A DNA stretch of 64,000 nucleotides from an uncultured delta proteobacterium (GTDB lineage Bacteria > Desulfobacterota > Desulfomonilia > UBA1062). This document shows, piece by piece, positions 38,710 to 47,538 of this stretch. Position numbers and translations under genes: made by a program. The stretch lies in assembly GCA_963798485.1 (NCBI GenBank), contig CAWCTR010000022.1, positions 49,454-113,453 of the forward strand, written 5' to 3'. The notes below the pieces were generated by a model. It was not told the origin of the DNA. It searched no databases and worked only from the letters and a program-made list of their open reading frames with translations. How positions within the stretch are numbered: the first letter of the stretch is position 1; each line of letters begins with the position of its first letter.

Positions 38710-40460
38710 TGCATGTCCGTGCGGTCTTTCTGCTGGCCATCCTGATCGCATACTCGCTGAGTTCTTTTGCTGCGGACATCACCCTTGTCAAGCATGCAAG
38801 GAGGGCCAAGCCCCTTGGCGCGAGTCAGTATATGGTGAAGGAAGGCGATACCTTGCGAAGGATACTGATGGAGGGATACCATGCAAAGGAGGGAGACCTT
38901 CCTAATCTCTATAAACGGTTCAGGCAGGAAAATCCGGGCATAGTAGATCTCGATTACATACCGTCCGGCACCAAGATCGTAATCCCCATAAAAGGGGAGC
39001 CCGCCATTGTTGCCGAGCGGAAGAAACCTGTAGAGGGGCTTGAGGTGAGGGAGGCTTCTCCTAATGAATATGTCATCAAGCAGGGTGAGTATCTCGCCAG
39101 GATCATGAGGAAGGTCTATGGTGTCTCGGATGATCTCATTTATCATGAGTACATGGACCTCGTAAAAAAATTAAACCCCGAGATCAGCAACCCGAACCGA
39201 ATCAAGGCGGGTCAAAGGCTTATACTGCCGGACATCAAGCGGGTGGTGGCCAAGGCAAAGAACGCACAGGGCCCTGTTGCCGCTCCGTTATCGGTTTCAA
39301 CCACGGGCGTACCCCCGCAAGAGGTGAGCAAGACACCTCCGAGCCGGACAAGTAATGCAATAACACCTCCGGCAAAGCAGGATATTATCGCAACGGAACC
39401 GCCTCCCGAAGCGGCCCCTGCAGCGCCCAGTGCATCACCCCCTGCAACGCCCGGCGTGAAACAGGTGAGTAATGACAAATCGCCGGGACCCGGGAATGCC
39501 GAGGGTGTGAAGATGGTCAAAGGCGCAGTCCTGCCGGCCCTGAAGGACATGGGGGGTACGAAGAGGGACAAAGGGATATATTATATGCCTACCTCGGGAG
39601 GCACCAGCCTCTCCATCAACACCTCCGAGATCCCTGTCATGGAACTGGATACCGGGAAGAAGATTATTTTCGACATGAATAAGACCATCAGTCCAGAGGT
39701 TAAAGGGTATATCGAGAAGGCCTTCCCGTCTTTCACCGTGGTCTCAGGTTCGCAAGGTGACCTGGAGAGGCTTATGGACAAGGTCTTAAGCGTTTCCGGC
39801 TATTTCTCCATTAACAAAGACTCAAGCCCGCTTCTTGTGGGATCAGAAGAAAAACTAAGATTTTTCGGCAAGTGGATCGTATACAAGGATTTCTCCCGAA
39901 ACAACGTGTTTGTCGTTAATCTCTTGGGCAAGGAAGAGCAGAAGACGCCTGGCGGAATTAGAAATTATGCCAGGCATTTTGGTATCGATCTCATTGAAAT
40001 CGGCGGTAAAGATACAGGGGGCGCACTGAAAAAAACCGCTCAAATTATTGACCTGAAGCACTCGTACCCGGTCCTTTTGGGCCGTCTCAAGGTCCCTTAT
40101 GATGCGAATAAGGAGATAGACCTGGTAAAAAGCGGCGAGGTGAAGATAACCTACAAGGCCCCGATGCTTATGGGTAATGTCGTATTGGCCGATGTCATGC
40201 CTGAAACGGATATGGCCGCCCTGCTTCATGAGAAGTCATACGAATTGCTGAATACCGGCACGGCAGGGCCTGATGAGGTGCTCAAGGCACTCGGGCTGGA
40301 ATTCGAAGGCCCCCCCCTGAAGATGACAATAGCCCAAGGCAGGACGGAGCTGGAGATCCCTGGAATACGTCTGGGAGACAATATCATCCTCTTAAAGACG
40401 ATCGATAAAGATATAACGGCCTATCTCGCAGCTTCAGGGATGAAGGTGATGGCCTGGTAG
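38709..40460 (+). CDS. secreted LysM-domain protein with an unknown C-terminal domain (583 aa)
   Basis: The ATG overlaps the mrcA stop (TGATG). Signal peptide, two LysM repeats (YMVKEGDTLRRIL..., YVIKQGEYLARIM...), a Pro/Ala-rich linker, and about 300 aa with no recognised motif. Confidence 0.7.
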   Translation: MHVRAVFLLAILIAYSLSSFAADITLVKHARRAKPLGASQYMVKEGDTLRRILMEGYHAKEGDLPNLYKRFRQENPGIVDLDYIPSGTKIVIPIKGEPAIVAERKKPVEGLEVREASPNEYVIKQGEYLARIMRKVYGVSDDLIYHEYMDLVKKLNPEISNPNRIKAGQRLILPDIKRVVAKAKNAQGPVAAPLSVSTTGVPPQEVSKTPPSRTSNAITPPAKQDIIATEPPPEAAPAAPSASPPATPGVKQVSNDKSPGPGNAEGVKMVKGAVLPALKDMGGTKRDKGIYYMPTSGGTSLSINTSEIPVMELDTGKKIIFDMNKTISPEVKGYIEKAFPSFTVVSGSQGDLERLMDKVLSVSGYFSINKDSSPLLVGSEEKLRFFGKWIVYKDFSRNNVFVVNLLGKEEQKTPGGIRNYARHFGIDLIEIGGKDTGGALKKTAQIIDLKHSYPVLLGRLKVPYDANKEIDLVKSGEVKITYKAPMLMGNVVLADVMPETDMAALLHEKSYELLNTGTAGPDEVLKALGLEFEGPPLKMTIAQGRTELEIPGIRLGDNIILLKTIDKDITAYLAASGMKVMAW

Positions 40461-40467
40461 AGGGCTC

Positions 40468-40540
40468 TGGGGAGAACCCCTTGCAGGGGGGTAAGAAAAA
40501 TCTCCCCTGTCCCCTCCTTAGAAAGGAGGGGGACTAAGTC
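40468..40540. terminator. nested GC-rich hairpins between convergent genes
   Basis: GGGGAGA...TCTCCCC (40471-40507) and GTCCCCTCC-TTAGAAA-GGAGGGGAC (about 40509-40535). A TTTTT run follows on the minus strand. Confidence 0.35.
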
Positions 40541-40615
40541 TCACAATCGTGCCATTCTTGATCCCTCCCATCCTTAAACAGGGTTACTTCCTGCTCGTCG
40601 AGGTAAATTGCATGA

Positions 40616-41917
40616 TTACATCCGGGCTGACGAGATGAAACAGCCGCCGCCGCTGCTGCCTGTGGAAGGGGGTTCCGCCTCGGTGGTGAAAGAAACCGGA
40701 TAGCTCGATGCCAGGGCATTCCCTGCCAGGTCTTTCACGCCGTTACTGCCTCCTGTGACGGTAATCGTATAGGGTGTGGAGTATGAATCATCGCCGCTTA
40801 CGCTCAACGTCATGCCGTCACTGGACAGGCTCACTCCTCCGGAGACTACGGTAGATCCGGATTTCATGATGACCGTCGAGCTGTTGATGGTTTTTGCGTT
40901 CATCTTCTCGGAAAATAAAAAGGTTACGGGGGTCGATATATAGGCCGTGCCGTCATTATTCTTTGATATCTTATAAGAATTGATCACGGGTGGGATGATG
41001 TCGTCTCTGGAGTAAATAAGGATTGTGCCGTACTGGCCTGCAAAATAAACCTTGCCCGAGGTGCTGCCCCAGATGGCATCGATGTTCGAGCCGAAAAGCC
41101 CGTTGTTCGACAGGCTGCTCCAGGAATGTCCGTCATAGTGGTAGACGTTACCGACCGCTCCTGCAGCAAAGACATCATCAGCAGCGCTCCCCCATAAGGC
41201 GTAGAGAGCAAGACCGCTCATACTTTTGGCTGTCCACGCAGACCCGTTGTAGTGGAGGATATCTCCTTCTGTATCTGCGGCATAGATGTCTGAGCCGGAT
41301 GACCCCCAGAGGGAGCGGAGGTCTTGATAGGTGGGTATCGATGATACGGCTTTCCATGTTGTCCCATCATAGTGGAACATTGTACCGTTTTGGCCACCGA
41401 CATATATGTTATTCCCGGTGTCGTCCCCCCAGATGGAATAGAGGTCGGTCTCATTTGTTATTGATGGGGTCGCATCTCCCCATGATATCCCGTTGAAGGA
41501 CAAGATTGTCCCCAATGACCCCACTGCATAAATGTTTGTTATGGACAATCCCCACAGTGCGTTGAGGCGGCTGACGGTATTTGTCGCGAACGAGATCCAT
41601 CCGGTGCCGTCATTCATCAAGATCGTCCCATTGTCGCCTGCAACGAATACGGCAGTCAGGGGCGTTTCCCACACTGATGTCAGGTCCTGTGGGGTATTGA
41701 TAGATATATCATGCCAGGTGACCCCATCGAAGTGAATGAGCGTGCCGACCGCACCGGCGACATAGATGTCGCTGTCCGAGGAACCCCATACGGCATAGAG
41801 ATCCTGAGAGACGGGAAGAGAAGCCTTCTGCCAACTATCGGCATAGCTGAGAGAGCTGTATAACAACAAGGAGAGGATGAAGGTGGTGATCACGAAATAT
41901 AAGGTATGTGTTCTCAT
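40616..41917 (-). CDS. secreted 7-bladed beta-propeller repeat protein with an Ig-like domain and a Cys-containing C-terminal tail
   Basis: ATG 41917 gives the signal peptide MRTHTLYFVITTFILSLLLYSSLSYA. There are seven repeats of about 40 aa of the form LxxxWGSSxxDIYAxGxxGTIxHYDGxxW. A Big/SbsA-like region follows, and the protein ends GSSGGGCFISSARM. Confidence 0.7.
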   Translation of the reverse strand: MRTHTLYFVITTFILSLLLYSSLSYADSWQKASLPVSQDLYAVWGSSDSDIYVAGAVGTLIHFDGVTWHDISINTPQDLTSVWETPLTAVFVAGDNGTILMNDGTGWISFATNTVSRLNALWGLSITNIYAVGSLGTILSFNGISWGDATPSITNETDLYSIWGDDTGNNIYVGGQNGTMFHYDGTTWKAVSSIPTYQDLRSLWGSSGSDIYAADTEGDILHYNGSAWTAKSMSGLALYALWGSAADDVFAAGAVGNVYHYDGHSWSSLSNNGLFGSNIDAIWGSTSGKVYFAGQYGTILIYSRDDIIPPVINSYKISKNNDGTAYISTPVTFLFSEKMNAKTINSSTVIMKSGSTVVSGGVSLSSDGMTLSVSGDDSYSTPYTITVTGGSNGVKDLAGNALASSYPVSFTTEAEPPSTGSSGGGCFISSARM

Positions 41918-42108
41918 ATGTTTCCTTTCAGGGCAGGATAAAGATAAGATGCAGTATATTATAAAGGGGACAGCAGGTGTTTTCAATATTGCGGGTACAT
42001 CCTCCCATTATTGCCGACATACACCTGCTTGGAATCCTTTCTTGCCAGGCCTTTAAAGCAATGAACCCGCCAGTGAACGGGCGTGCCCGGTATCACCTCT
42101 CTAAAGGC

Positions 42109-43503
42109 TTATTGATGATGAATGGTCAGTTTGTCGCCGGGCTTGATCTGTGCGGTAGAGGTCAGCTTGTTCCAGCGAAGGATGTCCATGGTGGAGACAT
42201 CGAATTGTTTTGAGATCCCCCAGAGGGTATCGCCTTTCTTAACCTTATATTTTGTAGACTTCACATGCGCCTGCTTGCTTTGTGCAGAGGGGATGATCAG
42301 GGTTTTTCCTAATATCAGGGCTTGTTTTTTGGAAATCCGGTTCGCCTTGGCAATGGCATCAACGCTTGAGGAATACTTCCTGGCAAGGGAATACAGGGTG
42401 TCACCCTTATGCACGGTGTGATGAACGTACGCGGCGGATTCATCGCTGGTATCCGGCTGGGTGTCAAGGCCTTTCTTTGATGATTTCGGTGTGTTTCTAC
42501 GGACCTTGTCCCCACCATTTTTTATTGACACAGACTGAGCGTCTGTAATGAATTCAGGGTTGTTTTCCGCCAGGGACTCATTAGGGCTGCTGCTTGATCT
42601 TGCGATTGCATCCAGATACTCAGGGCTATCCACTGTCTCGGGTGTGCCCTTTACCGTGCCCTTCGGGGGATTCGGCAGCCCATAGGCGCTGCGGTTTTTG
42701 GCCAGGATGACCGTGGCGATATATTTCGGCACATAATCGATAGTCTCAGGCTTTATGTTCATGGAATTGTTTATGTCCCAGAATGTGTATACATCATGGT
42801 TTTTCATGAGGCGGATGAGCGTCCCTTCTCCTGCGTTGTATGCCGCAATTGCCAGGTACCAGTCGCCGAAGATGGAATAGAGGTGCCTCAGATACAGTGC
42901 TGCAGCATGTGTGGACTTCTCCAGGTGTTTACGCTCATCCACATATCTGTTCACCTGCAGTCCGTATTTTTTTGCGGTATCCGGGATAAATTGCCAGTAA
43001 CCCGTTGCGCCTGAGCTTGAAACCGCATGCGGATTGGCGTTACTCTCAACCAGACATAGGTAGACCAGGTCCTTGGGGATGCCGTGTTGTTTGAATATCC
43101 GCTCCATAGTGGGTCGTATCTTGTCAAGTCTGGCGAGAGAACTCCTGAATGTATCGCGGTCGTTAACCGAGAGGCGTTCGATCCAGAGTTGCACTATTGT
43201 ATTGATCTCATACATGCTGTCCGAGGTCTTTTTTTTCTGAGGTTTCCCCTTTTTCGTGGCAGGGTCATCCACCAATGGTGTATCCTGGATTATTACCTGG
43301 GGTTTTTCTTGGATCTGGGGTAGGCTGATTTCTGCGAGTGGCTGCTCTGTCGGTGTTGAGGGTTCCTGGATAGAGCTTAAATCCAGGACCGGACTGGGCG
43401 GATGTGGCGGCGGATAGTTGTAGTGGAGTGTGTGTGAGCATCCAAGCAGTGCGAACACAAGGGTAAAAATGAGTGTTGCCCTGAATGAACCCATTCTCAT
43501 CAA
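42109..43503 (-). CDS. membrane-bound lytic murein transglycosylase (MltD-like) with two C-terminal LysM domains
   Basis: Lipobox-like LLGC. SLT catalytic region LVESNANPHAVSSSGATGYWQF...AYNAG. LysM repeats HTVHKGDTLYSLA and YKVKKGDTLWGIS. Confidence 0.85.
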   Translation of the reverse strand: MMRMGSFRATLIFTLVFALLGCSHTLHYNYPPPHPPSPVLDLSSIQEPSTPTEQPLAEISLPQIQEKPQVIIQDTPLVDDPATKKGKPQKKKTSDSMYEINTIVQLWIERLSVNDRDTFRSSLARLDKIRPTMERIFKQHGIPKDLVYLCLVESNANPHAVSSSGATGYWQFIPDTAKKYGLQVNRYVDERKHLEKSTHAAALYLRHLYSIFGDWYLAIAAYNAGEGTLIRLMKNHDVYTFWDINNSMNIKPETIDYVPKYIATVILAKNRSAYGLPNPPKGTVKGTPETVDSPEYLDAIARSSSSPNESLAENNPEFITDAQSVSIKNGGDKVRRNTPKSSKKGLDTQPDTSDESAAYVHHTVHKGDTLYSLARKYSSSVDAIAKANRISKKQALILGKTLIIPSAQSKQAHVKSTKYKVKKGDTLWGISKQFDVSTMDILRWNKLTSTAQIKPGDKLTIHHQ

Positions 43504-43636
43504 CCTCCGGATTGTTGTTTTTTACTTGGATTGGATGAAACCTTCAACCCTTTTTTTCATCTAAAAATACGGATTGTTGGTGCCGATAGATTTAATTTAC
43601 TATTAGGTCATATCTTATAAAGGAGATAAATGATAA

Positions 43637-44494
43637 ATGCAACTCCCAATTGTACACAATAATGCTGTTGCGACGCTCATCGGCAAATTCGATAGAATAC
43701 CTGCACTGAGCAAAGAGGAAGAATTCGACCTGGCTTTGCGCTTAAAGGAAAAAGGCGATATCGATGCCGCACAGAGGCTTATCACTGCAAACTTGCGGAA
43801 CGTTGTCCGTATCGCCATGGATTATAGCGGCTATGGGCTTCCCATGGAGGACATCATCCAGGAAGGCACTATCGGTTTGATGATAGCCGTGAAAAAGTTT
43901 GATCCCCATAAGGGATACAGGCTCATGACCTATGCCGTCTGGTGGGTTAAGGCCATGATACACGATTACATACTCAGGTTCTACTCACAGGTGAAACTGG
44001 GAACCACCAAGCTGCAGAAGAGGCTCTTCTACGGGCTTAACCGGATGTCGGCCGAGGAGGATGTCGTTGACGAGCACATAACCGAGAAGTCCCATGCACT
44101 TTCGGCCAGACTCGATGCTGATCCCCACGCCATCGAGGAAATCATATCGCGCCTGACCAACAGGGACCAGTCGCTCGACAGCCCCATGACCGACGGGAGT
44201 GACTCCAGTTTTATGGATTTCCTGGTGGACACAAGGGCAACCCCCGAGGACAGGGTCATGGAGTCCCAGCGGGCGTCTTTTGTGAAGGGCCAGATTGATA
44301 CTGCCCTGGAAAAGCTATCGCCACGCGAGCAGGATATCGCCCGGCAACGCCTTATGGCAGAGAACCCATCGACGTTAGAGGACTTGGGCAGGCAATATGC
44401 CATATCCAAAGAGAGGGTGAGACAGATCGAGAATAACGTGAAGGTCAAGCTCAAGAAGGCCCTTGCCGGCCATCTCGACCTCATGCTGCCGTAA
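43637..44494 (+). CDS. rpoH: RNA polymerase sigma-32 (heat-shock sigma factor)
   Basis: 285 aa with region 2 (NLRNVVRIAMDY, IQEGTIGLMIAVKKFDP, YAVWWVKA) and an RpoH-box-like LQKRLFYGLNR. Confidence 0.85.
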   Translation: MQLPIVHNNAVATLIGKFDRIPALSKEEEFDLALRLKEKGDIDAAQRLITANLRNVVRIAMDYSGYGLPMEDIIQEGTIGLMIAVKKFDPHKGYRLMTYAVWWVKAMIHDYILRFYSQVKLGTTKLQKRLFYGLNRMSAEEDVVDEHITEKSHALSARLDADPHAIEEIISRLTNRDQSLDSPMTDGSDSSFMDFLVDTRATPEDRVMESQRASFVKGQIDTALEKLSPREQDIARQRLMAENPSTLEDLGRQYAISKERVRQIENNVKVKLKKALAGHLDLMLP

Positions 44495-44512
44495 AGATCA
44501 AGGGGTATTTCT

Positions 44513-44959
44513 ATGACAACCCGCAAGAAGGCGCTTGCAGAAGACCTCCTGCTCCTTCAGGACAGGATGAACAGGGTTTTTGAGGAGAGTCTGAGGGAAA
44601 CCGGCATCTCCCGGAATCCCGGCCAATGGATACCCCATGTGGACATGTTTGAGGATGATGTATCCCTCATCCTCAAGGCCGAGCTCCCTGGGGTGAGGCG
44701 CGAGGATATCGGGCTCGATATCACTGAGAGCATACTCACCATCAGCGGGAAGAAGCCCTTTGAACATGAGGAAACAGCTGAGAGCTTCCATGTCATGGAA
44801 CGGCAATACGGGTTTTTCAAGAGATCTTTTACCCTGCCCGGGTCAGTGGATGTTGAGTGCATTGAAGCCGACTATCATGCAGGCGTCCTGGAGGTGGTCC
44901 TTCCAAAACCAACCGACACGAGATCGAGAAAGATACCCATTATCAGGCAAGGCGATTGA
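44513..44959 (+). CDS. Hsp20/alpha-crystallin small heat-shock protein
   Basis: 148 aa with WIPHVDMFEDD..., the ACD core, and GVLEVVLPK. Lies 18 nt after the rpoH stop. Confidence 0.9.
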   Translation: MTTRKKALAEDLLLLQDRMNRVFEESLRETGISRNPGQWIPHVDMFEDDVSLILKAELPGVRREDIGLDITESILTISGKKPFEHEETAESFHVMERQYGFFKRSFTLPGSVDVECIEADYHAGVLEVVLPKPTDTRSRKIPIIRQGD

Positions 44960-45485
44960 AGATCGCAAGGTTCAGAACATGCTTCGCACTCTTTTGCGAG
45001 ATGATCCGGGCTAACTCAAAGGGTTGTGCGAGTTCAGGCGTGCCGGCGGTAAAAAGGTAATACAGCCTCCCTCTTGGTTTGAGGATCTTCAGACAGACAT
45101 CTACTAAAGTGCTCAGAGGTGAAAACGACCGGGCGAGGAGGGCATCGAATCGCCCGATATCATCATGGAGGGGGTCATTGGGGAGGATCTCCACACCAGT
45201 AAGATTAAGTGATTCGATTGTATGCTGCAAGAAGGTGCATTTCTTGACGGATCGCTCAATCAGGCAGATATGCGAGTCCGGATGGAGGATTTTATACGGG
45301 ATTGCAGGAAGCCCTGATCCTGAGCCAAGATCGGCAAGGACAGGTTCTTCTATCCGCCTGAGCAGCGGCAGCATGACTTCAAGCTCATCTCCAATCCCTC
45401 TAAGCATGGAAGGCCCCATCAGATGGAGCTTGTCGTTATAACGCCTCAACTCACTGATCCATGTGTTAAGCTTCTCGTCCATCAT
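44943..45485 (-). CDS. rsmG: 16S rRNA m7G527 methyltransferase RsmG
   Basis: SAM motif ADLGSGSGLPAIP. Positioned after mnmE, with an ATGA-type 4-nt overlap. Confidence 0.85.
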   Translation of the reverse strand: MMDEKLNTWISELRRYNDKLHLMGPSMLRGIGDELEVMLPLLRRIEEPVLADLGSGSGLPAIPYKILHPDSHICLIERSVKKCTFLQHTIESLNLTGVEILPNDPLHDDIGRFDALLARSFSPLSTLVDVCLKILKPRGRLYYLFTAGTPELAQPFELARIISQKSAKHVLNLAIFNRLA

Positions 45486-46792
45486 TTCCCGATGCAGAAA
45501 CGGGAGAATATCCGCTCAAGGATGTCTTCATCAGCGGTCTCGCCGGTCATTTGCCTGAGATGATCCAATGCATGCTTCAGATCGATAGTGAGCACATCCG
45601 GGGTTAAACCTTCCCGGATGGTCTTCAGGCAGGAGTTAAGGCTGTCAAGGGCCTTGCCAAGGAGATATGCGTGCCTGTCCAAGAACACCAACGGCTGGTC
45701 GTGGGGGAATGCCCTCCTCATGGCGGTTAACAATTCGTCAAGGCCGTGAGCGAATTTTGCCGAGATGCATACTGTATCATACCCCGGGGCAGGATTAACC
45801 GCTCCTTCAACAAGATCCTTCTTATTCATTACCACGATAGTCTTGTCCGCCAGGTCCAGCCACTGTCTTTCATGGGGTTTGATCCCTTCACGGGCGTCCA
45901 CTACATAAAGGACAAGGTTTGATGACTTCAAGGTCTCAATGGTCTTTTCCACCCCGATCCGTTCAGGTCCTGATGTAGTTTCCCTGATTCCGGCGGTGTC
46001 GTGGAATACGAAGTCTATGCCGTCCAGATTCAGATGCTCGCTGATGACATCCCGGGTCGTTCCTTCCTCGTGGTGAACAATGGCCCTGTTATATCCAAGG
46101 ATAGCGTTGAAGAGCGATGACTTGCCCACATTGGGCAGGCCTGCAATGGTTGTTACAAGACCTTCATAGATCCCCTTGGCCTCTGTAGCGTCCTTGAGAA
46201 GCCCTGAGATCCGTGACGTGATATCGGTAAGCTTCTCGATCAGTACATCTTGCCGGATGGATTCATCCTCAATGATAAAAGATGCCTCAATATCCGCGAG
46301 AAGCCCCATGATAACCTCGACTATAGCCTTGATCCGGCCTGAAAGCTCGCCTTTCAGCAGTGCATGCGCCATCTCGCAGCCTGCAGGGCTTGAAGAGCCG
46401 ATCAGTGCGCCGACGGCCTCGGCCTGGACCAGGTCCATCTTGTGGTTTAAAAAGGCCCTCCTGGTGAATTCTCCCTTCTGCGCCAGGCGCGCAAGGCCGG
46501 TCGATGAGATCGTTCCCATGATACTGTTTACCACCAGCGGGTTGCCGTGGCAGCTTATTTCGGCCAGGTCTTCTCCGGTATATGAGTCGGGGCCGGGGTG
46601 GAACACGATCATAGTCTGGTCTATGACAGCACCCTTGCTATCTTTAATGAGTTCGAGGGACTGGGTGTGGGGCGCACGCTTATGGCTCGGAGAGATCCTT
46701 ATAATAATATCGCGGGTATGCACTCCGCTTATACGGATAATGCTGATGGCGCCGTGACCTCGTGGGGTCGACTCGGCATAGATGGTGTCTAT
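45482..46792 (-). CDS. mnmE: tRNA modification GTPase MnmE (start codon unresolved)
   Basis: G domain (GLPNVGKSSLFN, DTAG, NKKD) and the C-terminal CIGK. The conserved N-terminal DTIYAESTPRGHGAISIIRISG lies upstream of the first canonical start (GTG 46723), in an open frame with no ATG/GTG/TTG. The end is set at the ATA codon 46790-46792. Confidence 0.8.
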   Translation of the reverse strand: MDTIYAESTPRGHGAISIIRISGVHTRDIIIRISPSHKRAPHTQSLELIKDSKGAVIDQTMIVFHPGPDSYTGEDLAEISCHGNPLVVNSIMGTISSTGLARLAQKGEFTRRAFLNHKMDLVQAEAVGALIGSSSPAGCEMAHALLKGELSGRIKAIVEVIMGLLADIEASFIIEDESIRQDVLIEKLTDITSRISGLLKDATEAKGIYEGLVTTIAGLPNVGKSSLFNAILGYNRAIVHHEEGTTRDVISEHLNLDGIDFVFHDTAGIRETTSGPERIGVEKTIETLKSSNLVLYVVDAREGIKPHERQWLDLADKTIVVMNKKDLVEGAVNPAPGYDTVCISAKFAHGLDELLTAMRRAFPHDQPLVFLDRHAYLLGKALDSLNSCLKTIREGLTPDVLTIDLKHALDHLRQMTGETADEDILERIFSRFCIGK

Positions 46793-47529
46793 TACCGTCT
46801 CGATGCCTTCCTCGGTACAATGATCACCTTTTTATAAATACCCTCGCCTATACTCTTGGTAGAAAGCCCGTTCTCGTTCTTGAGGGCAAGATGGATGATC
46901 CTGCGGTCATAGGGGTTCATCTTTTCCAGAGAGATGGCCTGGCTGGTGCGCTTGGCCTTTTGCCCCATCCGGAGTGCCATGGACTTGAGATAGTTCACAT
47001 GCCTTTGGCGGTACCCTTCCGTGTCCAGGGTGATAAACACCGGTTCGGGCCTCGACTTGTTGACGATCCGGTTGAGGAGGAACTGCAAAGAATCCAGCGT
47101 TTGTCCGCGTTTGCCTATTATCAGCCCGGAACCGTCACCCATGATCTCCAGGAGACCTTCTTCGCTGATCTTTACCTCGCCGGGCATGTTCATCAGCCTC
47201 AAGAGGTCACTGACGACCCCCTGGGCTTCGAGAAGTATTTCCTGCGATGGCGCCTGGGATTCGCTACGAGGTTCCCGCTTAGGCTCTGTAGAAGCTGCCG
47301 GGGCTGTTTTAATCTCCTCATCGATGATTCTTTTGGATTTTGAGCCGGCCTTTCCATGCCTGACCCGTATCTTGGCGGTTTTGGTCCCAACGATGCCGAA
47401 CAGACCCTTGGAGCCCTCGGAGACGACCTTGATGTCGAGGTCTTCGAAATCGGCATGTAAGGTCTTCATGGCAAGGATAACGGCCTCGTCTACGGTCTTG
47501 GCTTCAAATTCTCGGTAATCCTCTTCCAT
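46792..47529 (-). CDS. Jag/KhpB RNA-binding protein (KH + R3H)
   Basis: 245 aa with a Jag_N-like start, GKRGQTLDSLQFLL (KH) and a C-terminal R3H (NPYDRRIIHLAL). Positioned after yidC. Confidence 0.8.
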   Translation of the reverse strand: MEEDYREFEAKTVDEAVILAMKTLHADFEDLDIKVVSEGSKGLFGIVGTKTAKIRVRHGKAGSKSKRIIDEEIKTAPAASTEPKREPRSESQAPSQEILLEAQGVVSDLLRLMNMPGEVKISEEGLLEIMGDGSGLIIGKRGQTLDSLQFLLNRIVNKSRPEPVFITLDTEGYRQRHVNYLKSMALRMGQKAKRTSQAISLEKMNPYDRRIIHLALKNENGLSTKSIGEGIYKKVIIVPRKASRR

Positions 47530-47538
47530 TCTTCTCTC

